Below are positions 47,141 to 56,296 of a DNA stretch of 64,000 nucleotides, one piece after another. The stretch is from Parcubacteria group bacterium (GTDB taxonomy: Bacteria > Patescibacteriota > Minisyncoccia > Phycocordibacterales > WO2-35-19). The position numbers and the translations under genes are program-made. A model generated the notes under the pieces. It ran no database searches. It was not told the origin of the DNA and saw only the letters and a list, made by a program, of their open reading frames with translations. Position 1 is the stretch's first letter, and each line of letters begins with the position of its first letter. The DNA lies in assembly GCA_012514175.1 (NCBI GenBank), contig JAAZAU010000012.1, positions 110,897 through 174,896 on the forward strand. The letters are read 5' to 3'.

Positions 47141-47833
47141 TTACTTTTTTAAAGCCTCGTCTATAACTGTTTTAAAAGCTTCATAAGATTGAGCGCCAAC
47201 CAATTTTTGACCGTTGATAATAAAAACTGGAGTGCCATTTACTCCGACGTTTTGTCCATCTTTGAAATCAGCCGAAACCACCTTGCTAGTTGACCCCGAA
47301 TCTAAACAAGAATTGAATTGTGCCATATTAAGACCGAGCTCTTCAGCGTATTTTTTTAGATCCGAAACAGCGAGACCGGTTCCATCGCCGTTACCATTTT
47401 TAAAGAGTAAATCGTGATAAGGCCAAAATTGACCTTGTTTGTTAGCACACTCCCCTGCCTCTGCTGATTTTTGAGCATTTGTATGACCTGGTAATGGAAA
47501 ATGACGAAAAATTATTTTGATTTTATCGGTATCAACATAATTAGTTTTAATCTTTTCAAAAGTCTCTTGCGTAAATTTTTTAGAATATGGACACTGAAAA
47601 TCAGAAAATATAAAAAGTTCCACTTTCCCTTTACCCATAGTGGGAGCATCTTTTCTGGCATTAACTTTAATAGTTTGAGTTGCGCTTTCATTTTCAACTT
47701 TCTCTTCTCCTCCTCCAAAAGAGAGCTTGCCAGCGCTAAAACCAATACTAACAGCAATAAAAACCGATCCCAATAAAATACTTATGGGGATCAATAAATC
47801 TTTAAATTTTATTTCATTTATATTCCAAAACAT
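47141..47833 (-). CDS. DsbA-like thioredoxin-fold protein with CXXS active site
   Basis: 230 aa with signal anchor. FSDFQCPYSKKF aligns with the DsbA/BdbD F-x-D-F-x-C-P-x-C motif, but the second Cys is Ser (TGT CCA TAT TCT read directly from the DNA). Confidence 0.75.
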   Translation of the reverse strand: MFWNINEIKFKDLLIPISILLGSVFIAVSIGFSAGKLSFGGGEEKVENESATQTIKVNARKDAPTMGKGKVELFIFSDFQCPYSKKFTQETFEKIKTNYVDTDKIKIIFRHFPLPGHTNAQKSAEAGECANKQGQFWPYHDLLFKNGNGDGTGLAVSDLKKYAEELGLNMAQFNSCLDSGSTSKVVSADFKDGQNVGVNGTPVFIINGQKLVGAQSYEAFKTVIDEALKK

Positions 47834-47883
47834 TTTTTTAATTTAATCTTTTTTCGTTGCGTTAGCAATAACATATTATAAAA

Positions 47884-48339
47884 TTATTTTAAACCTTTAC
47901 AGTTACTGGCTGGAGTATAACCAGCTTTGCGAGCTTCTTCAATTGAGCTAAAGGTAATGAGATTTTTAGCAGAAATTTGTTTAGCTCCAGCGCACCACGG
48001 ATAATGATATTTAGTGCCATTTTTTGAAGCCACCACAGCGCCAGCAACCATAGTGGAATTCATAGTAGTGTCAGGTTGTTCTACTCCCACCTGCCCTTGT
48101 TGACCAGAAAACGTTTTATCTAAAACCCCCTTCGTTTCCTCTTCTCCAGAAATTATTCTCACCGGCATTTTTTTATCTTGCAAACCAGAAATCCTACCCA
48201 AAGAAAAACCGATCACCGCCACCAAAATAATAATTAAAGGCACAAAATATTTACCTGTTAAAACAACTTCTATTTTAGACCTCCAACCTTCCGTTTTTAC
48301 CTCTTCAAACTCTTCTGTTTTGATATATTCTTCCTCCAT
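47884..48339 (-). CDS. hypothetical membrane-anchored protein with C-terminal Ada-like metal-binding-type motif
   Basis: 151 aa. C-terminal KYHYPWCAGAKQISAKNLITFSSIEEARKAGYTPASNC resembles the YHxPxC...F.S..EA..AGYRPC pattern of Ada N-terminal Zn domains but has only two Cys. Confidence 0.5.
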   Translation of the reverse strand: MEEEYIKTEEFEEVKTEGWRSKIEVVLTGKYFVPLIIILVAVIGFSLGRISGLQDKKMPVRIISGEEETKGVLDKTFSGQQGQVGVEQPDTTMNSTMVAGAVVASKNGTKYHYPWCAGAKQISAKNLITFSSIEEARKAGYTPASNCKGLK

Positions 48340-48435
48340 TTTTTAACTGGAAATTGTCTCTTGCATTTAAATTAAAGTTAAGTTATACTTCTAGCTGTTA
48401 GTAATTATAGCAGATTTTAGTATTTACCTTATATT

Positions 48436-48708
48436 ATGGCACGGAAAAAAGCCGCAGGCTCAACAAAGAACGGGCGAGATTCAAACCCAAAATATTTAGG
48501 TGTTAAACTCACCGACGGCAGTTTTGCTAATGTTGGTTCTATTATAATACGCCAAAGAGGTTCAGATGTATTGCCTGGAGACGGTGTCGGCATAGGTCGT
48601 GATCACACTCTTTTCGCTCTTAAATCAGGCACAGTTAAGATGTCCACCAAAAGGAAAGTTCATTTTGATGGTTCAACTCTCATAAAAAAAGTGGCTTCTA
48701 TAATTTAA
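48436..48708 (+). CDS. rpmA: 50S ribosomal protein L27
   Basis: 90 aa, [24 protein letters not shown]...[14 protein letters not shown]-17-TATACT promoter upstream. No adjacent rplU. Confidence 0.93.
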   Translation: MARKKAAGSTKNGRDSNPKYLGVKLTDGSFANVGSIIIRQRGSDVLPGDGVGIGRDHTLFALKSGTVKMSTKRKVHFDGSTLIKKVASII

Positions 48709-48769
48709 TTTATAAAACTATAAAACCAATGACAATCGCAAGCTTTCAAGTATTTTGTAGGCTTGTTTT

Positions 48770-49231
48770 TTATTCTTTTTCAACAATTACTTTAAATTCA
48801 GTTTTACTGCTACCAATTGAAACTAAAACCGTATGCTCCCCTATTTCTTTTATCGGTTCTTCTACAGATAAAAATTCCGCACCTATTTCAATACTCGCTT
48901 GTTCTTTTAGTGCTTTAACAATCTCGTCTGGATGAACCTGCTCAAATAGGTTGCCTTTTTCATTACTCTTCTTTTTTAAGACTACCGCAACATTTTTTAA
49001 AGTCTCTATTTGTTTCTCTGCCAACTTCTCTTTAATTTCCATTTCTACGACAGCATTCATTTTAGAAATTTCTGCTCTTTTCACTGCTTCTGGAGAAGCG
49101 TGTTCAGCTAATTTGTTCGGTATTAAAAAATTGTTAGCGTAACCAGCGGAAACGTCTTTAATTTCAAATTTTCTCCCCACACCTTTTACGTCTTGTTTTA
49201 ATATAACTTTCATAAGCACAATATAGCACAA
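48770..49231 (-). CDS. rplI: 50S ribosomal protein L9
   Basis: 153 aa, MKVILKQDVKGVGRKFEIKDVSAGYANNFLIP. Confidence 0.9.
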   Translation of the reverse strand: MCYIVLMKVILKQDVKGVGRKFEIKDVSAGYANNFLIPNKLAEHASPEAVKRAEISKMNAVVEMEIKEKLAEKQIETLKNVAVVLKKKSNEKGNLFEQVHPDEIVKALKEQASIEIGAEFLSVEEPIKEIGEHTVLVSIGSSKTEFKVIVEKE

Positions 49232-49284
49232 AATAACAAAAACACGTAATTTCTTTTTTTATGCAAAAAAAGATTAAAAGTAGA

Positions 49285-50496
49285 TTATTTCAAAAGATAA
49301 TTCACCGCTGTGTCTTTTTGCGGGTCTTTTCCGTCTTTAGTGTTTTCCAAAGTTAACCCCACCTCAATATCAGGAGTCAGCCCACCTTCGGAAATAGAGT
49401 TACCAAGCGGTGTAAGCCAATGAGCCACAGTTACTTTAAGAGAAGTATCCGAAGTAATCGGTAAAAGTTCTTGAACCGAACCTTTGCCAAAAGTTCTGGT
49501 ACCAATAAGAGTAGCCTTGCCATATTCTCTCAGAGCTCCCGCTAAAATTTCTGAAGCAGAAGCAGAACCCTCGTTTACTAATATTACAAATTTCAAATTA
49601 TCATTGAATATATCATAACCCTTACTCCTATAAATTTTTGGCGAAATAGACTCCCCAAAATCTTCAGTGACTACCACTTTACCAGCTGGCAAAAACCAAC
49701 TAGCCATATCAAGCGCCGCCTCCAAATAACCACCAGGATTATTGCGTAAATCTAAAATCAATTTATTGGAACCGGATTCAACGAACTCCCGCAAAGCCCC
49801 ACGGAACAAATTTGGAGAGGTTGCTGTAAAACTATAAAGCTCTATCACAAAAATATCTTCCGACAGGATTTCTGTTTCAATAGTTGGCACTTCTATATTA
49901 GCTCTTACAATAGTTTTCACAATCGGCTCATTGACTCCTTTTCTGGCAAAAGTAATGACTATAGGTGTCCCAGCTTCACCTCTAATCAATTTAACAGCTT
50001 CATCTGAACTAAGTTTTGAAGCGGGAATTTCTCCAATAGTAATTATCTTATCACCAGCTTTAACTCCAGCTCTTTCAGCTGGTGTGCCTTTCAAAGGAGC
50101 GACAACCGTAAGAACGCCGTCTTGAACACCCACTTCTATACCGATACCCCCAAAAGAGCCACTGATTTCCTCTTCAAACATTTTAGATTCCGCTGGTGGG
50201 AAAAATACAGTATAAGGATCCTTATATGAAGCCGTTAAACCTTGAATAGCGCCCCAAATTTTTTCTTGATTTTTTACAACTTCAACAGTGGATGAGGCGG
50301 GAGTAAACTTTTCATCAAGAATTTTCCAAGCTTTCCAAAACGGAGCTAAATCTACATTTTCTACATTTGAAGTATTTAAAAATTGAGACGGAACACCACT
50401 GAGAGACCTTTCTTGACCCACATAAAAACCCAGAGCAAAAACCCCGCCCACCAGCGCTATTATTATCAAAGCTTGAGTATACCTATGTTTTATCAT
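49285..50496 (-). CDS. ctpA: carboxyl-terminal processing protease (S41 family)
   Basis: 403 aa with N-terminal TM, PDZ domain and S41 catalytic region (GSASASEILAGAL...TFGKGSVQ). Confidence 0.9.
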   Translation of the reverse strand: MIKHRYTQALIIIALVGGVFALGFYVGQERSLSGVPSQFLNTSNVENVDLAPFWKAWKILDEKFTPASSTVEVVKNQEKIWGAIQGLTASYKDPYTVFFPPAESKMFEEEISGSFGGIGIEVGVQDGVLTVVAPLKGTPAERAGVKAGDKIITIGEIPASKLSSDEAVKLIRGEAGTPIVITFARKGVNEPIVKTIVRANIEVPTIETEILSEDIFVIELYSFTATSPNLFRGALREFVESGSNKLILDLRNNPGGYLEAALDMASWFLPAGKVVVTEDFGESISPKIYRSKGYDIFNDNLKFVILVNEGSASASEILAGALREYGKATLIGTRTFGKGSVQELLPITSDTSLKVTVAHWLTPLGNSISEGGLTPDIEVGLTLENTKDGKDPQKDTAVNYLLK

Positions 50497-50543
50497 TTTC
50501 TGATATAATATATCACAGTTTTAATTGTCATCAAAAATACCAA

Positions 50544-51446
50544 ATGATAACCACACGTTCATTTATGGATCAGATTTGGATAGACCTCAATTCTCCAACC
50601 AAAGAGGAGGTTGATTCCATTATGATCACACAAAATATAAGTCCAGCTTTAGCCAAAGACTTACTTACACCAACTCCAACTCAATATTCTGAAGATTGCG
50701 GTGATGTGATTTACGCCGTTTTACGTATTCCTACATTTAAACACACCCACCCTAATGAGATTGGACAAGAATTAGATTTCATTATTTCAAAAAATAGCGT
50801 AATCACTGCCAGATACGATTCCATAGACGCTTTACACTATTTCGCCAAAAAAATTGAAGTAAATGAAATTTTAAATCATCAAAACAACCTTCATCTTTTT
50901 TTTGGTATGATGGAAGAAATTTACAATTTTATAACCAACGAATTGGCGAGTATTGAAGTTTGGATAACAGAAATAGAAAAAAATATCTTTGAAGGTCAAG
51001 AAAAAGAAATGGTTTTTGCAATTTCTAACACAGGTAGAAATATTCTTAATTTCAAAAGGGCCATTGATCCACATGGTGAAGTGTTTGATTTCATAGCTCG
51101 TGTTGGTGGAGAAAAATTTGGCAAAAGTTTTGAAGATGAAGCAAAAGTTCTTCGGGATGAATGGCGCAGAGTAATGAAAAGAATAAACAACTATTTAGAT
51201 ATGATCGCCGAATTACGCGAAACCAATAATTCTATGCTTTCCACTAAACAAAATGAGACGATGAAGATTCTCACTATTATGGCTTTTGTTACCTTCCCTC
51301 TTTCGCTTATAGCATCTATATTTGGAATGAATACTTATTTTACACCTTTTGTTGGTAATCCTAATGATTTTTGGATAGTTTTAAGCATTATGTGTGTTAT
51401 GAGTATTGCAATGTTTGGTTTCTTCAAGTATAAGAGATGGATATGA
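50544..51446 (+). CDS. corA: CorA-like magnesium transporter
   Basis: 300 aa with two C-terminal TM helices and the GMN signature (IFGMNTY). Confidence 0.8.
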   Translation: MITTRSFMDQIWIDLNSPTKEEVDSIMITQNISPALAKDLLTPTPTQYSEDCGDVIYAVLRIPTFKHTHPNEIGQELDFIISKNSVITARYDSIDALHYFAKKIEVNEILNHQNNLHLFFGMMEEIYNFITNELASIEVWITEIEKNIFEGQEKEMVFAISNTGRNILNFKRAIDPHGEVFDFIARVGGEKFGKSFEDEAKVLRDEWRRVMKRINNYLDMIAELRETNNSMLSTKQNETMKILTIMAFVTFPLSLIASIFGMNTYFTPFVGNPNDFWIVLSIMCVMSIAMFGFFKYKRWI

Positions 51447-52849
51447 CAGAGATTAAACTTCAAAACACATTAACTGGCAAAAAAGAAATATTTAAACCCC
51501 TTAAAGAAAAAGAGGTTAGTTTTTATCAATGCGGACCAACTGTTTATTGGACCCAACATATTGGTAATTTGCGAGCTATGACAATGGCCGACATTATTAA
51601 TCGCACTTTTCAATATTTAGATTATAAAGTTAAGTTTGTTCGCAATTATACCGACGTTGGTCACCTTACCTCAGATAACGATGAAGGTGAAGACAAAATG
51701 TCTAAAGGCGCCGAAAAAGAAGGTCTTTCACCAAAAGAAATTGCCGACAAATACATTGCTATTTTTGAAAAAGATAATTCTGCTTTAAACAATTTAGAAC
51801 CCACAATTAAACCTAAGGCCACTGAAAACATAAATGAGGTTATTGAAATGGTAAAGATAATGTTAGAAAAAGGTTATGCTTATCAAACTGAGCTTGCAAT
51901 TTATTTTGATATCACCAAAGCCTCAGAATACAACTGTCTTTCCCATCAAGATTTAGAAAAACAAAAACAAGGTGCTGGTGCAGGAGAAGTTAGTGATAAC
52001 GATAAAAAAAATCCAGCAGATTTTGCTGTTTGGTTTTTCAAAAAAGGTAAACACATCAACGCTTTACAAGTTTGGGATTCGCCTTGGGGTGTCGGCTTTC
52101 CTGGTTGGCATATTGAGTGTTCGGCTTTCATTAGAAAATTTTTAGGTCCAACTATTGATATTCATATGGGTGGTATAGAACACATCTCTATTCATCACAC
52201 TAACGAAATCGCCCAAAGCGAAGCGGTCAACAACGCCCCCCTTGCAAACTACTGGCTCCATAACGAACACTTGCTTGTTGATAATAAAAAAATGTCCAAG
52301 TCTGAAGGAACCAGTTATAGTTTAGAAGAAATAAAAACTAAAGGTTTTGATCCACTAGCCCTGCGTTATCTTTTTCTTAGCGCTCATTATCGCTCCAAAC
52401 AAAATTTCACCTGGGAAGCACTCTCCTCTGCTCAAAATGGTTTGCATAATATTTATAGACAGATTAAAGAATTAAAAAATGTCTCCCCTGCTTTGCCAGA
52501 TGAATCTTTTAAAGAAGATTTTATTAAAACCATCACTGATGATTTTAATATTCCTAAAGCTCTTGCTGTCATTCAAGAAGTTTTGAAATCCGATTTGGTA
52601 GCAGATAAAAAATTAGCCACTTTGCTTGATTTTGACAAAGTTTTGGGATTAAAATTGGCTGAAGCAATTTCTAAAAAAGAAACAGATACAGAAATCCCTG
52701 AATACGTTTTAGAAATGAAAAAAGAACGCGACGATGCCCGCGCTCAAAAAGATTGGCAAAAATCTGACGAACTCCGCAAAGAAATAGAGCGTGAAGGTTA
52801 TATTTTAGAAGATTCAAACACAGGGAGCACTATAAGAAAAACTAACTAA
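51437..52849 (+). CDS. cysS: cysteine--tRNA ligase
   Basis: 470 aa with HIGH (CGPTVYWTQHIGNLR), KMSKS and zinc-binding Cys/His residues. Confidence 0.93.
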   Translation: MDMTEIKLQNTLTGKKEIFKPLKEKEVSFYQCGPTVYWTQHIGNLRAMTMADIINRTFQYLDYKVKFVRNYTDVGHLTSDNDEGEDKMSKGAEKEGLSPKEIADKYIAIFEKDNSALNNLEPTIKPKATENINEVIEMVKIMLEKGYAYQTELAIYFDITKASEYNCLSHQDLEKQKQGAGAGEVSDNDKKNPADFAVWFFKKGKHINALQVWDSPWGVGFPGWHIECSAFIRKFLGPTIDIHMGGIEHISIHHTNEIAQSEAVNNAPLANYWLHNEHLLVDNKKMSKSEGTSYSLEEIKTKGFDPLALRYLFLSAHYRSKQNFTWEALSSAQNGLHNIYRQIKELKNVSPALPDESFKEDFIKTITDDFNIPKALAVIQEVLKSDLVADKKLATLLDFDKVLGLKLAEAISKKETDTEIPEYVLEMKKERDDARAQKDWQKSDELRKEIEREGYILEDSNTGSTIRKTN

Positions 52850-52983
52850 TTGTGCGAGCCGTGGGACGTTATCGGAACAATTTTAGTGAAAAATAAGTAA
52901 ATTGAAAAGCTATTCTTTCCTTAAGAATCTTCTTTTATTTATATCTATGTTACAATATTTTTACTAATCACTTAAATAAAAAA

Positions 52984-53565
52984 ATGAAAAGATTGGGTAT
53001 ATTCCTTTTGATTGGTATAGTCATTATAGGAGGGATAATAGGATGTTATTTCTGGTATAAAAACACTCCACCAATAACACCAGATGAAACGGCGTTAATT
53101 AAAAAAGAGAAAAACCAACCTGGACTGAAAACTTATAGAAATGATAAATTTAGATTTGAATTTTCATATCCAGAAGATGTGCCTGTTAGTGTAAACAAAA
53201 ACCCACTTTTTCTATTATACGTAGAAATTGGAAAAGGTATGCTTAATCCATATGCTTTGACAGTGGAGAAAACAGATATAAAAGATATTGAATCTTTAAA
53301 CAATTACACCCTTAAAAAAGATTTCGAATCCAGAGGGCAAGGAGTAAAGGAGCAACATTACATAACTTTGGCTGGAGAAAAAGCGAGAGTAACCACTTTT
53401 AATGTAAATTTCTATGGTAGCCCTGGTTCCAAAAAAAATGTCTTCATACAAATAATCCATGATGGAAAATTATATTCGATGTTGATATGGGAAAATACTG
53501 GTTCAGACAAAACAAGCTGGAATATATATGATGTAATGCTTCCAACTTTTAAATTCTTAAAATGA
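52984..53565 (+). CDS. hypothetical N-terminally membrane-anchored protein (FxFSYPE family)
   Basis: 193 aa with one TM helix. Shares FRFEFSYPEDV with 62629..63186 (FIFSYPEKLKV) and the same architecture. Confidence 0.5.
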   Translation: MKRLGIFLLIGIVIIGGIIGCYFWYKNTPPITPDETALIKKEKNQPGLKTYRNDKFRFEFSYPEDVPVSVNKNPLFLLYVEIGKGMLNPYALTVEKTDIKDIESLNNYTLKKDFESRGQGVKEQHYITLAGEKARVTTFNVNFYGSPGSKKNVFIQIIHDGKLYSMLIWENTGSDKTSWNIYDVMLPTFKFLK

Positions 53566-53614
53566 AAAGAGCTCCCCAGCAAAGCCAAGAAGCTCTCAAA
53601 AAAGCAAAGGACTA

Positions 53615-53831
53615 TTTACGGCTCATCTTCCCATAAAATGTTGGAATCGCCGTTTCCATATGGATCTACAGGAGTTACGCCACTGACACGAACTTCAAAA
53701 TGGAGATGGTATCCAACCGATACTCCGACGGGTGCTTGGTTACCAACCGTGGCAACCACATCACCTTGCGTCACAGTCGAGTATCCTTGAAAAAGGATGT
53801 CTGATTCAACTGCGCTACTGTTAAACCCACT
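53615..53831 (-). pseudogene. C-terminal remnant of an M23 (LytM) peptidase gene
   Basis: Minus-strand frame encodes ...QGDVVATVGNQAPVGVSVGYHLHFEVRVSGVTPVDPYGNGDSNILWEDEP*, matching the HLH..V-containing C-terminus of M23 peptidases. An in-frame stop lies upstream and there is no start codon. G+C is higher than surroundings. Confidence 0.6.
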
Positions 53832-53898
53832 CTAGAAATACCCCCCAAAGAGCTTAAACGCATTTTAGACAAAGAATTATTCTTATTTGGAGAAATTG

Positions 53899-53969
53899 TG
53901 CGAGATGCGAGAATCGAACTCGCGTCTGATGCTTGGGAAGCACCCATTTTGCCACTAAACTAATCTCGC
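53899..53969 (-). tRNA. tRNA-Gly (anticodon CCC)
   Basis: Minus-strand sequence GCGAGAT-TA-GTTT-AGTGGCA-AAAT-G-GGTGC-TTCCCAA-GCATC-AGAC-GCGAG-TTCGATT-CTCGC-ATCTCGC-A folds into a canonical cloverleaf with 7-bp acceptor, TTCGATT T-loop and anticodon loop U-CCC-A. No encoded CCA. Confidence 0.85.
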
Positions 53970-53971
53970 GT

Positions 53972-54349
53972 TTACTTAAATAAATTTACCACAAAATTTT
54001 TAAATTTTTGCCAATTTGAAATTTTAATCGTGGAGGGGACGATTGGGATTTCTTCTTCCACGATAATCGCCACGCTCTCGCCCACTTCAGCCACATTTAG
54101 TTTTCTACGCATTTCAAATGCCAAACCTTCTTGAGTTTTCAATCTTTCCAAAGAATCGTTTAATTCCTTTTCCCTTTTTTGCAATTCATAAACTCTATCA
54201 TTCATTTTAACCAAAGCTTCTTCTGCTCCGATTTTTTTATTATAAACTTTGCGCACTGAATTCAATAAAACACCCAAAACCAGGACCAAAAACAAAAAAG
54301 CTACCAGTATTTTCCATTTGCTACTTTTTTTTGTTTTAATACCTCGCAT
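53972..54349 (-). CDS. FtsB/DivIC-like septum formation initiator
   Basis: 125 aa with N-terminal TM helix then a coiled coil (NDRVYELQKREKELNDSLERLKTQEG). Confidence 0.6.
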   Translation of the reverse strand: MRGIKTKKSSKWKILVAFLFLVLVLGVLLNSVRKVYNKKIGAEEALVKMNDRVYELQKREKELNDSLERLKTQEGLAFEMRRKLNVAEVGESVAIIVEEEIPIVPSTIKISNWQKFKNFVVNLFK

Positions 54350-54493
54350 TATGTTATTATATTATAACTATGTTGTGGAATCCAAAAATGCGCAAATTTA
54401 TCAAAATAGCTTGGTTTGTAATATCTATTTTTCTTATCTTTAGCCTAGTTTTGATGTATATGCCTATAGGTTAATTTTCAATTTGAAAATTAA

Positions 54494-56296
54494 TTACTCT
54501 GGTTTCATTATTTTTATAAAAACATCTTGAGGAATTGAGATTTTGCCCCTCTCTTTCATTTTCTTTTTCCCCTTCTTCTGTTTTTCCCGAAGCTTCATTT
54601 TGCGAGTAATGTCTCCGCCATACATATGTTGAGTAACATCTTTTCGGTAAGCCGAAAGAGTGCGAGAAGCAATAATTCGACCTGACACTTGAGCTTGAAT
54701 CTTAAGTTCAAACATTTGACGAGGTAAAAGATTTTTGAGTTTTTCTACTAAAACTTCTGCTTCTTTCTCAACAATTCTTCTAGAAACTACTCTAGAAAGC
54801 GATGGTTCTTCATCCCCACCAATCAGAATACTAAGCTTGGTAACCTCAGCTTTACGCATTTCAAAATTTTCATAAGAAAGAGAAGCATAACCTTGAGAAA
54901 GACTTTTCAGTTTATCAAAAAAACCTCGCATAAGTTCACGAAGTGGCATTATTATGTGCACATTAGTCTTGCTAGCGTCACCGCCGAAGTTTTCGGTTGA
55001 AATTATTTCGGCTTCATGTTCATACAGGAGAGGTAAAATATTGCCCAAGTTGTCAGATGGAGTAATAATATTAGCTTTAACCCAAGGTTCAAATATTTTT
55101 TCTAACAAACCATCTTCTGGGAAAAAAGCCGGTGAATAAATTTTCTCAGTTTTACCATTTTTATAAACAACTTCGTAAGTAATAGACGGCTGAGTAATAA
55201 CTAGCGTAAGGTTAAATTCCCTTTTAAGTCTTTCTGTAATAATTTCCAAATGAAGCATACCAAGAAAACCGCAACGAAAGCCCTTGCCCAAAACCCCAGA
55301 CGATTCTTCTTCATAATACAGCGACGAATCAGTAAGTTTAAGCTTAGCGAGTGATTGTCTCAGTAAAAGCAAATCGCTTTGATCTTCAGGAAAAATACTA
55401 GCCCAAACTACTGGATTCGGCATTGTATATCCAGCCAAAGCTGTGCCGTTTTCTTTTTCTTTGCCTATGGTGTCCCCCACCGAAACAATGCCTGGAGTTT
55501 TAATACCTGTCACAATATAGCCAATTTCTCCCGACGTTAATCTTTCAGCTGGAGTTTCTTCAGGATGAAAAATACCCACTTCCAAAGCTATAAATTTTTG
55601 ATCAGCTATTCTAAAAATTAAATTTTCCCGAGACTTGACTTCACCAGAAATAATTCTAACGAAAACAATGATTCCTTTATGAGTTGAATATTTGAAATCA
55701 AAAACAAGAGCTTGAAGTTCTTCTCCGGTTTTTCCGTTAAGATGAGAAGAATTGTGTAAAATCGGACTTGGTATTTTTCCCACAATAGTTTGCAAAAGTT
55801 TTTCAACCCCGTCTCCAGTTTTGCCTGAAGTTTCTATGATATCTTCCTCCTGACAACCAACAAGAGAGACTATTTCCGCCTTCACCTCCGAAACTCTCGC
55901 CAAAGGTGAATCTATTTTGCTTAAAGCTGGTATTATTACCAGTCCAAGATTTTTAGCCATTTCAAGCACCGAAAGAGTTTGCGCTTCCACTCCTTGGGTG
56001 GCGTCCACCAAGAGAATCGCTCCTTCAACCGCTTTAAGAGCTCTGGAAACTTCATAAGAAAAATCAATATGCCCCGGGGTGTCTATCAGATTTAAAATAT
56101 AGTCTTTATAAACCATTCTAACGGGCGTCATCTTTATCGTTATCCCTCTTTCTCTTTCAAGCTCCATACTATCAAGCGCCTGAGCTTTCATTTTTCTTTT
56201 CTCAATAGTGCCAGTTATCTCAAGCAACCTATCTGCTAGAGTAGATTTGCCATGATCAATATGCGCAATAATGCAGAAATTTCTGATGTTATTCAT
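54494..56296 (-). CDS. lepA: elongation factor 4
   Basis: 600 aa with NFCIIAHIDHGKSTLADR G1 motif, DTPGH and LepA-specific C-terminal domain. Confidence 0.95.
   Translation of the reverse strand: MNNIRNFCIIAHIDHGKSTLADRLLEITGTIEKRKMKAQALDSMELERERGITIKMTPVRMVYKDYILNLIDTPGHIDFSYEVSRALKAVEGAILLVDATQGVEAQTLSVLEMAKNLGLVIIPALSKIDSPLARVSEVKAEIVSLVGCQEEDIIETSGKTGDGVEKLLQTIVGKIPSPILHNSSHLNGKTGEELQALVFDFKYSTHKGIIVFVRIISGEVKSRENLIFRIADQKFIALEVGIFHPEETPAERLTSGEIGYIVTGIKTPGIVSVGDTIGKEKENGTALAGYTMPNPVVWASIFPEDQSDLLLLRQSLAKLKLTDSSLYYEEESSGVLGKGFRCGFLGMLHLEIITERLKREFNLTLVITQPSITYEVVYKNGKTEKIYSPAFFPEDGLLEKIFEPWVKANIITPSDNLGNILPLLYEHEAEIISTENFGGDASKTNVHIIMPLRELMRGFFDKLKSLSQGYASLSYENFEMRKAEVTKLSILIGGDEEPSLSRVVSRRIVEKEAEVLVEKLKNLLPRQMFELKIQAQVSGRIIASRTLSAYRKDVTQHMYGGDITRKMKLREKQKKGKKKMKERGKISIPQDVFIKIMKPE

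Noticed and set aside
48436-48708. Solitary rpmA (L27) without rplU (L21)
   Set aside because: Noted as unusual gene order but common in reduced genomes. No sign of a disrupted rplU remnant in the upstream spacer.
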